From positions 11,867-75,866 of the forward strand of contig CAMRWN010000004.1 of NCBI GenBank assembly GCA_947054455.1: a stretch of DNA of 64,000 bases, given 5' to 3'. Within the stretch, counting starts at the first letter, position 1; each line of letters opens with the position of its first letter. Position numbers and translations under genes: made by a program. Shown here piece after piece: positions 35,054 through 43,690 of this stretch. The notes under the pieces are model-generated. The model made no database searches, was not told where the DNA came from, and was given only the letters and a program-made list of their open reading frames with translations. The DNA comes from an uncultured Alphaproteobacteria bacterium (GTDB lineage Bacteria > Pseudomonadota > Alphaproteobacteria > Rs-D84).

Positions 35054-35518
35054 ATGAGACAGGAATCCGGACGCTCGATGATAGAGATGCTGGGGGTGCT
35101 GGCGATAATGGGTGTAATCACCGCGGTCGCCGCCACGGCGATTGTGCGCGGGCTGGGCACGCAGAAGCATATGCAGGTAAATGAAGACGTTATGTACATG
35201 GTGTCAAAGGTGCGCGAGCTGCACCGCGAATACGACAGCTTTGCGGGGATAAACAACGCGACCATTTTCGGCGCGATTGGCATGACGGCCAAGAACCCGT
35301 ACGGTGGTGCGTATGAATTGTCGGTCGACCCGTCCAATTCGCGTCAGTTTGTTGTATCTATTTCGGGCCTGCCGCAGTCGGATTGCGAATATTTCATGAC
35401 CAAGGCGTGGTCGGATTCCGCCGGGTTCCAGGCGTCCGGTGGGAAATTGGGCGGTGCGTCCGGCACATGCAACAGCGCGGGCAGCGCCAACGTTGTGCGA
35501 ATCACTTACGGCGAATAA
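35054..35518 (+). CDS. Type IV pilin / pseudopilin-like protein
   Basis: Class III signal (G|RSMIEMLGVLAIMGVITAV with Glu at +5) and two C-terminal Cys (SDCEYF...GTCNS). Confidence 0.7.
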   Translation: MRQESGRSMIEMLGVLAIMGVITAVAATAIVRGLGTQKHMQVNEDVMYMVSKVRELHREYDSFAGINNATIFGAIGMTAKNPYGGAYELSVDPSNSRQFVVSISGLPQSDCEYFMTKAWSDSAGFQASGGKLGGASGTCNSAGSANVVRITYGE

Positions 35519-35531
35519 CGGCGGGCGCGTC

Positions 35532-36503
35532 ATGGCAGATATGATTTCCGTTTCCAAAACCGAGGACGGCACCCGGCTGTTGCGCTGGTTCCTGCGCAAG
35601 TTTCCGTCTATGCCCCAGCGTGAGTTCTATAAACTGTGCCGCGGGGGACAGATTCGCGTCAATTCCGGGCGTGTTCGCGGGAACGAGATTTTGCGCGCCG
35701 GCGACATGGTGCGCGTTCCGCCGACATTGGGCGGATATACGGGCGCGGGTCCAAAAAAGACCGAATCGGGCGACAAGTTTTCACTGGCCGATTTGGAAAG
35801 CCTGCGCAACTGCATAATACACAACGACGAAGATATTGTGGTCTTTGACAAGCCGGCGGGTCTGGCGGTGCAGGGCGGAACAGGCATACGCAAGTCCATA
35901 GACAAGATGGCGCAGGCGATGTTCCCGTATGACAAAATCGCACTGGTTCATCGTCTGGACCGCGAGACCAGCGGCATCCTGGTCGTTGCCAAGAATCAGC
36001 GCGCGGCCCAGAAATTGGCCGCAGCGTTTCAGGCCAAGACCGCGCACAAGGAATATCTGGCGCTGCTGGCGGGGGTGGTGCGACCGGACCAGGGTGTCAT
36101 CGACAATTATATGGTAAAGGGGCGCGTGCTGGACACGGGGGCGCGTCTGAACAACGGCGCGGGCCAGCGGCCACAGCGCGCGATTACAGAGTACGAGGTT
36201 CTAAGCACGGCAGCCGGATGCGTGTCGTGGGTGCTGTTCTCGCCAAAGACGGGACGCACGCACCAGCTGCGAATGCACAGCGCGTTTTCGCTGGGGGCGC
36301 CGATTGTGGGCGACGACCTGTACGGGCGCGAGGCCAAGATGGACGCAACGCTGCGTTCTATGCTGGCGACGGACAAGTTGTTTTTGTGGGCCTATAAGCT
36401 GACTTTTCAGCATCCCGGCACCGGCAAGCTGATGACGCTGCGCGCGGGCATGCCCGAATTTATGCGGCCTGTTATTCGTTTTCTGGAACTGCCGCTGCCG
36501 TAA
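35532..36503 (+). CDS. rluC: 23S rRNA pseudouridine synthase, RluA family (RluC/D type)
   Basis: S4-like N-terminus and catalytic HRLDRETSGILVVAK. I place the start at MADMISVSK. Confidence 0.8.
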   Translation: MADMISVSKTEDGTRLLRWFLRKFPSMPQREFYKLCRGGQIRVNSGRVRGNEILRAGDMVRVPPTLGGYTGAGPKKTESGDKFSLADLESLRNCIIHNDEDIVVFDKPAGLAVQGGTGIRKSIDKMAQAMFPYDKIALVHRLDRETSGILVVAKNQRAAQKLAAAFQAKTAHKEYLALLAGVVRPDQGVIDNYMVKGRVLDTGARLNNGAGQRPQRAITEYEVLSTAAGCVSWVLFSPKTGRTHQLRMHSAFSLGAPIVGDDLYGREAKMDATLRSMLATDKLFLWAYKLTFQHPGTGKLMTLRAGMPEFMRPVIRFLELPLP

Positions 36504-36516
36504 ATGGGATAATCGG

Positions 36517-38604
36517 ATGAAGCCTAAAAAACGAAGCACATTTTTTACGATATTCAGAATTCTGGGCCTGTTCCTGATGGGGCTGGCGGTGGCGTTGGTG
36601 GTGGCACTGTCGCAGGTTAATCTGGAAACACTGCGCGGAAACATACTTGCGATATTGCGGAATGCGACCGGTCTGCCGGTGGAAATTGACGGCGCCGTTT
36701 CGTGGAAGCTGTCGCTGCGGCCGCGGATAGAACTTAACCAGGTGCGGGTTCCAAACGCCGAATGGGCCAGGCACAAGTATGCGTTCAGTGCCGAAAAAAT
36801 TGACGTTACGATAAACCTGCTGTCGCTGCTGCGGGACAGGCCGACGATTCAAAATGTAAAGATTTACGACGCCACCGCGTGTCTGGAGAAAAATGCCGCA
36901 GGCGAGTTTTCTGTAAAGCCGTTCGCCGATGTAAAAGATGCGGATGAAAACGCTGTGGATGCATCTGGGCGCGGCGTACAGCCGAAATATCCCTTCGTCG
37001 ACCCGGGGCTTGGCGGGGTCGAGGTTCGCAATGCCGTGCTGCATATTCTGGACGATACTTATTCCGTTGCCGGATTCAGCATCAGATACGTGCCGCGACG
37101 CGAATCGCGCGAATACGCGGGGTGGATACGTTCCAAATCCCAGGTTTTTCCGTTTATCGTTTCTTATTCGCAGTATAACGCAGAGCGCAAGGTTTATCCG
37201 GTACGCGTTGCATTCTCGACCGGCGGGGACGCATTGATTGCGGACGTCGCGCTGGAGGGAACCAGTCGTCTGCCGATAGATTTTCTGGTGCGCGGGGACA
37301 TCCCCGACATCGCCGCGTTCGGCGAGGCGGTCGGCCTGGATTGGATGGAACTGCCGCGGATAAGTGTGAACGCGGCCGGCGGATTCGACGGGCGCAAAAT
37401 CACGCTGCGCAAATCTTCGTTTGCAATGCGCGGAAACGAAATAAACCTGACGGGCGAATGGGAGTTGGGACGCAGGACGTCGCCGATTAACCTGAATGTT
37501 GATTCGCGCCGTATAAGCCTGCAGGAGCTGATGCCGTGGATGTACGGTCGCAAATGGGTGCGTCCTGACCGCGAATTGAACGTGTTTCACGACATACCGC
37601 TGTTTGGCGCGCAAATCCGCGACTGGAACTTAAACCTGCGCGTCGACATAGGCGAATTTATAGTATATCGTGATTTGACAATACGTGATTTGGATTTGAA
37701 ACTGCGGCTGCGGGATGCGCAGGCGCGCATCGATGCACGTGCGGGCATCGGGGGTGGCGGCATTCGTGCGGCCGCCGACGTTGACATAGAAACTGATGGA
37801 ACCATGGATGCACGTGCGGCCGCCGTCGGCGAGAATATCGTTGTCGGCCGGATACTGGATGAAATCCGTGTGCGTGATATTATCTCTGAGCTGCCAGTCA
37901 ATTTCCAGGCGTTTGTCGTCGGACGTGGAAGCAATTTGTCAGAGATGATGCAGACGATAACCGGCCCCGTTCAGATTTATTCGGTGGGGTCAGGGTATGC
38001 GCATTCGGCACTGGTTTCAAATATGTACGGTACGGATTTTCTGACGTCCTTGCGCCATAGTATACAGGATTTGTTCCGCAGCGAAAAAAAGCATAACCAG
38101 ATAAAGATATCGTGCGCGGCGCTGAATACAAAACTGCGGGCCGGACTGGCCGAGACGCAGCACGGCGTTGCGGTGGAAACCAATGCAATAAACCTGCGGC
38201 TGGCGGGAAGTCTGGATTTGGGCGGCGAGACGATGAAACTGTCGCTGACGACGGTGCCGGTTCGCGGTTTGAAACTGTCGCTGACGGGGAATGTGATGAA
38301 TTCGGTTGAAATAACGGGCAACCTGGCCGAACCGGACATCAAGATAAACGGCGCGGCCGTCGTTGGCAAGGTTGCGTCGGCGACGGGACTGGGGCTGCTG
38401 CTGGCACCGCTGACGGGCGGGATAAGCATTGTCGCGGGGGCGGGCGTCGGACTGATTGCGGGCGATTTGCTGGAAAACTGGCTGGCGGACGACACGCCAT
38501 GCAAGACCGCGATGAACCGTGGTGCGCCGTCAATGCGCGAAGACCCCCAGTGGATGGATGCGCCGATAGGCGAACTGGTTGGCGAACTGTTTGAAAACAA
38601 CTGA
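36517..38604 (+). CDS. AsmA family outer-membrane assembly protein
   Basis: 695 aa with an N-terminal TM anchor and long beta-rich repeats. AsmA-like N-terminal (LRGNILAILRNATGLPVEIDGAVSWKLSLRPRIEL) and C-terminal regions. Confidence 0.75.
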   Translation: MKPKKRSTFFTIFRILGLFLMGLAVALVVALSQVNLETLRGNILAILRNATGLPVEIDGAVSWKLSLRPRIELNQVRVPNAEWARHKYAFSAEKIDVTINLLSLLRDRPTIQNVKIYDATACLEKNAAGEFSVKPFADVKDADENAVDASGRGVQPKYPFVDPGLGGVEVRNAVLHILDDTYSVAGFSIRYVPRRESREYAGWIRSKSQVFPFIVSYSQYNAERKVYPVRVAFSTGGDALIADVALEGTSRLPIDFLVRGDIPDIAAFGEAVGLDWMELPRISVNAAGGFDGRKITLRKSSFAMRGNEINLTGEWELGRRTSPINLNVDSRRISLQELMPWMYGRKWVRPDRELNVFHDIPLFGAQIRDWNLNLRVDIGEFIVYRDLTIRDLDLKLRLRDAQARIDARAGIGGGGIRAAADVDIETDGTMDARAAAVGENIVVGRILDEIRVRDIISELPVNFQAFVVGRGSNLSEMMQTITGPVQIYSVGSGYAHSALVSNMYGTDFLTSLRHSIQDLFRSEKKHNQIKISCAALNTKLRAGLAETQHGVAVETNAINLRLAGSLDLGGETMKLSLTTVPVRGLKLSLTGNVMNSVEITGNLAEPDIKINGAAVVGKVASATGLGLLLAPLTGGISIVAGAGVGLIAGDLLENWLADDTPCKTAMNRGAPSMREDPQWMDAPIGELVGELFENN

Positions 38605-38726
38605 TTTTTCCGTATGAGTTTTTGCATGTATGCGGTTGACGTTTTGCCCTTGCACCGAATCGGCATTTTTTGATAAAGTGCAGAAAAAGGATGTGGGGAG
38701 CTACATTAATAAACAGGAGCAATTAA

Positions 38727-39845
38727 ATGGAATTTTCTGTATTTCGTCAGGTTTTGATACGTGCGCTGGGACATATGCAATCCATTGTGGAAAAACGTGC
38801 GACACTGCCGATATTGATGAATGTAAAGTTGGAAGTTGCGGATGACTTGATTTTGTCCGCCACGAATGTTGATTTGGAACTGGTCGAGCATGTGGCCGCC
38901 GACATCACGCTGGGGGGCAAGACGACCGTTCCGGTTCAAATGCTGTACGATATCGTGCGCAAACTGCCCGACGATGCGGAAATTTCGTTCAAGCAGTCCG
39001 GGGACCAGCTGGTCGTATCCAGCGGCAGCGCGGTTTTCCGTCTGCCGACGCTGCCGGCGGAAAATTTCCCCGCGATGGCAGGCAGCAATCTGACCACTAA
39101 ATTCCAGATGACGACAGGTGATTTGGCGCATCTGATTAATCAGACAAAATTTGCAATCCCGACCGATGACGTTCGTTATCACCTGGGGGGGATTTATTTC
39201 CATATTGCGGACGAAGGCGTGGAAAAGAAACTGACCGCGGTTGCAACCGATGCGCAGCGCATGGCGCTGTGCGCGATGCCGGCACCGGCAGGCAGCGAAG
39301 AAATGCCCGCCGTCATTCTGCCGCGCCGCGTTATCGGCGAATTGTCCAAACTGTTGGAGGATGCGAACGTTGACGATGTTGTCGTCGAATTGTCCGATAC
39401 CAAGGCGCGCTTTACCGTTGGTGCCGCGACGTTGACCAGCAAGCTGGTTGATGCCCAGTACCCGAACTATCGCGTTGTAATCCCCAAGGGCAACGACAAG
39501 ATTGCCGTCTTGGACAGAAAGCAGTTCGTTGGCGCGGTTGATTTGGTGTCTGTTGCCAGTGTCGACAAGACCAAGTCCGTGCAGTTGACTTATTCAATGA
39601 ACAAACTGGTTGTAAACGCGTCCAGCCCCGATGGCGGAACCGCGACCCAGGAACTGGATATCGAATATAACGGCGACAGTGCGTTTACAGTTGTGTTTAA
39701 TGTAAAGTTCCTGTTGGATGTTGCAGGCCAGGTCGAAGGGGACAAGTTCCAGATGGAAATGCAGGACCCGTTGTCGCCGACAATCATAAAATCTACGAAC
39801 AAGGACACCGATGCGTTGTTCGTTCTGATGCCGATGCGCATGTAG
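38727..39845 (+). CDS. dnaN: DNA polymerase III beta sliding clamp
   Basis: 372 aa with the typical DnaN pattern (ILMNVKLEV...RYHLGGIYFH...VLMPMRM). Confidence 0.95.
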   Translation: MEFSVFRQVLIRALGHMQSIVEKRATLPILMNVKLEVADDLILSATNVDLELVEHVAADITLGGKTTVPVQMLYDIVRKLPDDAEISFKQSGDQLVVSSGSAVFRLPTLPAENFPAMAGSNLTTKFQMTTGDLAHLINQTKFAIPTDDVRYHLGGIYFHIADEGVEKKLTAVATDAQRMALCAMPAPAGSEEMPAVILPRRVIGELSKLLEDANVDDVVVELSDTKARFTVGAATLTSKLVDAQYPNYRVVIPKGNDKIAVLDRKQFVGAVDLVSVASVDKTKSVQLTYSMNKLVVNASSPDGGTATQELDIEYNGDSAFTVVFNVKFLLDVAGQVEGDKFQMEMQDPLSPTIIKSTNKDTDALFVLMPMRM

Positions 39846-39870
39846 GATGCATTGCATTTTTGGAAACAAG

Positions 39871-39892
39871 AAACCGCGCATGCGGTTTTTTG
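39871..39892 (+). terminator. Terminator after dnaN
   Basis: AAACCGC-GCAT-GCGGTTT plus a T-run. Confidence 0.65.
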
Positions 39893-39965
39893 TTTCCCCG
39901 AGATTTATGATTGCAAAACATGTTTTTTATGATATTATTGCCCGCGCAAAAAGAGGTTATAAATT

Positions 39966-40505
39966 ATGTCATTTGAAGATATCGCGGCCGGAAAAATGCC
40001 GCCGAAAAAGATGAATGCTATTATCGAAGTTCCGGAAAACGGATATGTGAAATATGAAATCGACAAGTCGACGGGCCTGTTGCGTGTGGACCGTATTTTG
40101 CACACGCCGCTGGCGTATCCGGCGAACTATGGTTATTTCCCGGGAACGCTGGGCGACGACGGCGATCCGCTGGATTGCGTGGTTGTCTGCAATGCGCCGC
40201 TGCGTCCGGGTGTTTTGATTGAAGTGCATCCGATTGGCGCGCTGCTGATGAAAGACCAGGCAGGCGGCGACGAAAAAATCATATGCGTGCCGCGCGACAG
40301 AATCGACCCGTATTATGAAAATGTATCGTACATAGACGAACTGCCGAAGATTCTGCGTTCGAAAATCAAATATTTTTTCCAGCATTACAAGGATTTGGAA
40401 CCCAATTCCTGGTCCGAAGTTGGTGAATGGGTTGACCGTGAAAGCGCCGACAAGATTATTATGGAAGCGATTGAGCGCTATAATCGTACGCATGGGGCGA
40501 AATAA
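39966..40505 (+). CDS. ppa: Inorganic pyrophosphatase (family I)
   Basis: IIEVPENGYVKYEID and YGYFPGTLGDDGDPLDCVV motifs. Confidence 0.95.
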   Translation: MSFEDIAAGKMPPKKMNAIIEVPENGYVKYEIDKSTGLLRVDRILHTPLAYPANYGYFPGTLGDDGDPLDCVVVCNAPLRPGVLIEVHPIGALLMKDQAGGDEKIICVPRDRIDPYYENVSYIDELPKILRSKIKYFFQHYKDLEPNSWSEVGEWVDRESADKIIMEAIERYNRTHGAK

Positions 40506-40567
40506 TATTTGCATGCGGTCTGTGTCGCGCGTATAATAAAAATCGAAAAAACAAAGAGGTAAGACAA

Positions 40568-41137
40568 ATGGCATCATACATTGCAAACGATATGCGTGTC
40601 GGTTGGGTTATTTCCCATAACGGCAAGCGCTATTCCGTTACATCCATTACCAAGGTGAAGCCGGGCAAGGGCGGTGCTTTTGTTCAGGCTGATTTGCGTG
40701 ATATTGATACGGGCAACAAGGGCGGCGATCGCTGGCGTGCGGAAGACAAGGTTGAAAAACTGATGGTCGAGGATTTGGATTGCCAGTATCTGTATTCTGA
40801 CGGCGAAGACGCGTTCTTTATGAATCTGTCCGATTATGAACAGTTCACAATGCCGGTTGAATCCCTGGGTGAACAGATGAAGTTCCTGGCGCCGGAAATG
40901 CAGGTCAAGGCGAATTTCGTCGAAGGACATCCGGTGTCCATTTCGTTGCCAAAGACAGTCGTTGCAACCGTAGAGGAGACAGAACCCGCATTGAAGGGTC
41001 AGACTGCGTCCAGCAGCGGTGGCAAACCGGCCGTTCTGGATAACGGTGTACGCGTACAGGTGCCGTTGTTTGTAAATGTCGGTGAAAAAATCGTCGTGAA
41101 TACCGAAACGTTGGAATACGTGGAACGCGCGAAATAA
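40568..41137 (+). CDS. efp: Translation elongation factor P
   Basis: 189 aa with KPGKGGAFVQADLRDI and a C-terminal OB-domain pattern. Confidence 0.95.
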   Translation: MASYIANDMRVGWVISHNGKRYSVTSITKVKPGKGGAFVQADLRDIDTGNKGGDRWRAEDKVEKLMVEDLDCQYLYSDGEDAFFMNLSDYEQFTMPVESLGEQMKFLAPEMQVKANFVEGHPVSISLPKTVVATVEETEPALKGQTASSSGGKPAVLDNGVRVQVPLFVNVGEKIVVNTETLEYVERAK

Positions 41138-41143
41138 TATCTG

Positions 41144-41173
41144 AAAAAAATCGCCCCGACGGGCGATTTTTTT
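41144..41173. terminator. Bidirectional terminator between efp and fba
   Basis: ATCGCCC-CGAC-GGGCGAT, flanked by A7 and T9 runs. Confidence 0.7.
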
Positions 41174-42118
41174 TTACAACTTTCCTTCGCTGCCCATTAT
41201 GCTTCTTATCTCGTCCAGGCATGTGTCGGTTATGCGGCGCATGGCGGCCCCCAGATATTCGCGCGGGTTGAAATTCGCAGGTTTGTTCGACAACGATTCG
41301 CGAACGCCCGCGGTAAAGGCCAGACGCAAATCGCTGTCGACGTTTATCTTGCATATGTTCATTTCCGTGGCGCGGCGCAGCTGCTGCGGGGCGATGCCGC
41401 GGGCGTCGGACATTTTGCCGCCGAATTCGTCGATTGTGCGCACCAAGTGCGGCGGTATCGAAGATGCACCGTGCAGAACCAGCGGGAATTCCGGCAGGCG
41501 CGTCGCAATTTCGGCCAGTATGTCAAATCGCAGTGTTTCATCGTCGGATTTACGCTTGTATGCGCCGTGGCTGGTGCCGATCGCGACGGCCAGTGAATCT
41601 ATTCCGGTCGCGCCGACAAATTTTACAACGTCGTCGGGGTTGGTATAGCTGGATGTGGTGCCGAATGTGTTTTCGTCTTCGATGCCGGACAGTGTTCCCA
41701 ATTCCGCTTCTACTGAAACGTTGTGCTGGTGCGCCATTTCCGCAACGCGGCGCGACAGTTCAATGTTTTGTTCGAACGGCATTTTGCTGGCGTCTATCAT
41801 GACGGATGAAAAACCGATTTCGATTGCGTGGGCGCATGCCTCGAAACTGCCGCCGTGGTCCAGGTGCAGAGCGACGCCGTCGCGCGGGGCAAATCCGGCG
41901 CCGCGAATCATTCCAATCAGCATGTCGTCGCCCATGTATTTCATTGCGGATTCCGACACGGCCAATATCACGGGACTGCGTGCCGTGCGAACAGCCGACA
42001 AAATCGCTGACAATGTTTCCATGTTGTAAAAATTAAACGCCGGCACCGCGTATCGGCGTGCAATCGCGTCCGCAAACATGTCGCGCGTGTTTACCAGACC
42101 TAAATCAGTATATTTCAT
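41174..42118 (-). CDS. fba: Class II fructose-bisphosphate aldolase
   Basis: YAVPAFNFYNMETL, LHLDHG, AIGTSHGAYK and LVLHGASS motifs. Confidence 0.9.
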   Translation of the reverse strand: MKYTDLGLVNTRDMFADAIARRYAVPAFNFYNMETLSAILSAVRTARSPVILAVSESAMKYMGDDMLIGMIRGAGFAPRDGVALHLDHGGSFEACAHAIEIGFSSVMIDASKMPFEQNIELSRRVAEMAHQHNVSVEAELGTLSGIEDENTFGTTSSYTNPDDVVKFVGATGIDSLAVAIGTSHGAYKRKSDDETLRFDILAEIATRLPEFPLVLHGASSIPPHLVRTIDEFGGKMSDARGIAPQQLRRATEMNICKINVDSDLRLAFTAGVRESLSNKPANFNPREYLGAAMRRITDTCLDEIRSIMGSEGKL

Positions 42119-42270
42119 AAACTTTCCCCTTTGGCCCGATTATATCATATTTTGATTTTTGTGTCGGTGATTTTTTAGAGGTGGCTTGACAATGGGCGAC
42201 TTTGTGCAACAATATATGCGAATCGGGGGCCGCCAGAGAGAGGCGTTATACCTTAAAAAGGACAAGGGTT

Positions 42271-42624
42271 ATGAAGAAAGTTTTGGTTTCTGTGTTTGCG
42301 TTGGCCGCGCTGGCTGGGTGCGCATCTTATTATGATTATTACAATGGTGGCGTAAAATACACCCAAGACGGCGAAGACTGTATTTATTATGCCGCCGAAG
42401 CCGGCAACCGCTATTCCGATGTCGCCCGCAGTGTAGAGGGCAGCAAAAAGGTTGTATACCGCAACACGCGCTGCGAAGATTTGTTTATGCATGACAATGG
42501 TGGATTCCTGCCGCATCCGTCGCGTCAGGTTGTTGCGCCCGCGGCGAAATGCCCGGCATGCGGATGCAATTCATGCGCGCGTCCGACGGTTCGCCGCAAG
42601 TATGTGATTGTGCCGGCGATGTAA
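42271..42624 (+). CDS. Small cysteine-containing lipoprotein
   Basis: Lipobox ALAGC at MKKVLVSVFALAALAGC and a C-terminal CPACGCNSC cluster. Its own terminator hairpin follows. Confidence 0.55.
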   Translation: MKKVLVSVFALAALAGCASYYDYYNGGVKYTQDGEDCIYYAAEAGNRYSDVARSVEGSKKVVYRNTRCEDLFMHDNGGFLPHPSRQVVAPAAKCPACGCNSCARPTVRRKYVIVPAM

Positions 42625-42645
42625 AATGGCCGACAGATTTTTTTG

Positions 42646-42676
42646 TGCGCCGCGGAAACGCGGCGCATTTATATTT
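42646..42676 (+). terminator. Rho-independent terminator
   Basis: TGCGCCGCG-GAAA-CGCGGCGCA plus a T-rich tract. Confidence 0.65.
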
Positions 42677-42728
42677 GAATAGTGCGAAAATTTATGATAA
42701 AATCAATGTAAAGACAAAGGGGATTTTT

Positions 42729-43076
42729 ATGAAAAAAATAGCAAGAAAAATAAATATGGCGATAATCGGCGTTATGGCGGCCGGCCCGGCAATGGCGGCG
42801 GTTAATGAAAGCGGTCTGTGCACGTTGCTGACCGATTTGCGCGGCGTGTTTAATATGCTGCGTACAATGGCCTTTATCGGCGCTGCGTTTATTATCGCGA
42901 ACTGGGCATGGGGATATATTTCCAAGGGCAAAGTCGAAATGGAGGATTTGAAGAACAAGGGTGCCGGCATGCTGGTCGGGTTCATCCTGTTGTTCGGTGT
43001 CGGTATGGTTTTGTCATTCCTGATGACGACCAGTGGCGCAAAGACCATCGGTTGTCCCGAACTGTTGGAATGGTAA
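42729..43076 (+). CDS. VirB2/TrbC-like type IV secretion pilin candidate
   Basis: 115 aa with a long signal peptide ending AMAA, then GLCTLLTDLRG and two hydrophobic helices (AFIGAAFIIANWAWGYI; GAGMLVGFILLFGVGMVLSFL). This is the layout of VirB2. Confidence 0.45.
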   Translation: MKKIARKINMAIIGVMAAGPAMAAVNESGLCTLLTDLRGVFNMLRTMAFIGAAFIIANWAWGYISKGKVEMEDLKNKGAGMLVGFILLFGVGMVLSFLMTTSGAKTIGCPELLEW

Positions 43077-43230
43077 TATCTTTTATTGATGTGATGCGGG
43101 TGCGGTTTTATAAACTGCGCCCGTTTTTTATTTTATTCTTTTGTTCTAAATATCACCGGTGCGGATTGTGCAGCCGGAATTTTGCATAAATTGAATTTGT
43201 CGTATGCGTGGGCGCGGCGCGCGGGCAGGG

Positions 43231-43461
43231 CTATTTTTTATCTTCTATGTTGGCCAGTGAAAACAGCACGGATGAAATCAACGACTGGTACGGGACGTGT
43301 TGAGCCTCGGCCAGTTCTTTTATCTTGTCCAATATCGGGCGCGGGATTCGCATGTTTATAACGCAATCCGATTTGTTGAATGTGCGATAGGCCGCGTATT
43401 CCTTAAGCAGGGCCTCTATATTCATTATGAATAACTGCTGCATCACATTGGGCATAGACAT
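43231..43461 (-). CDS. Ribbon-helix-helix (CopG/BrnA-like) antitoxin-type protein with no adjacent toxin
   Basis: INMRIPRPILDKIKELAEAQHVPYQSLISSVL matches the BrnA/CopG RHH pattern (I.iR.p...L..lK..A...G.pYQ.Li). Confidence 0.5.
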   Translation of the reverse strand: MSMPNVMQQLFIMNIEALLKEYAAYRTFNKSDCVINMRIPRPILDKIKELAEAQHVPYQSLISSVLFSLANIEDKK

Positions 43462-43690
43462 TCTCCTATACGGGTTGCAATACTGTCGTACTTACAACTG
43501 ACTATAACATTGTGTTGACGTTTGTCAATACATTTGTAAATGCGGCCGTAAACACGGCTGTGTGTGCGGGTGTGTTGTCGGTTGTATTGTGGTTTGTGTA
43601 TGTGTGCAAAAGCGGCGGGGTTCTTGATTTTTGTTTTCGATGCATATAAAATCACAGTTGATATATTCATAAAATTGGAAAGGAATTGAT

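Noticed and set aside
43557-43607. Treating the GT-rich tract, or any other local repeat, as a CRISPR array or tandem repeat locus.
   Set aside because: There is no regularly spaced direct repeat unit. The tract is compositional (TG-rich) rather than periodic, and there are no cas genes in the window.
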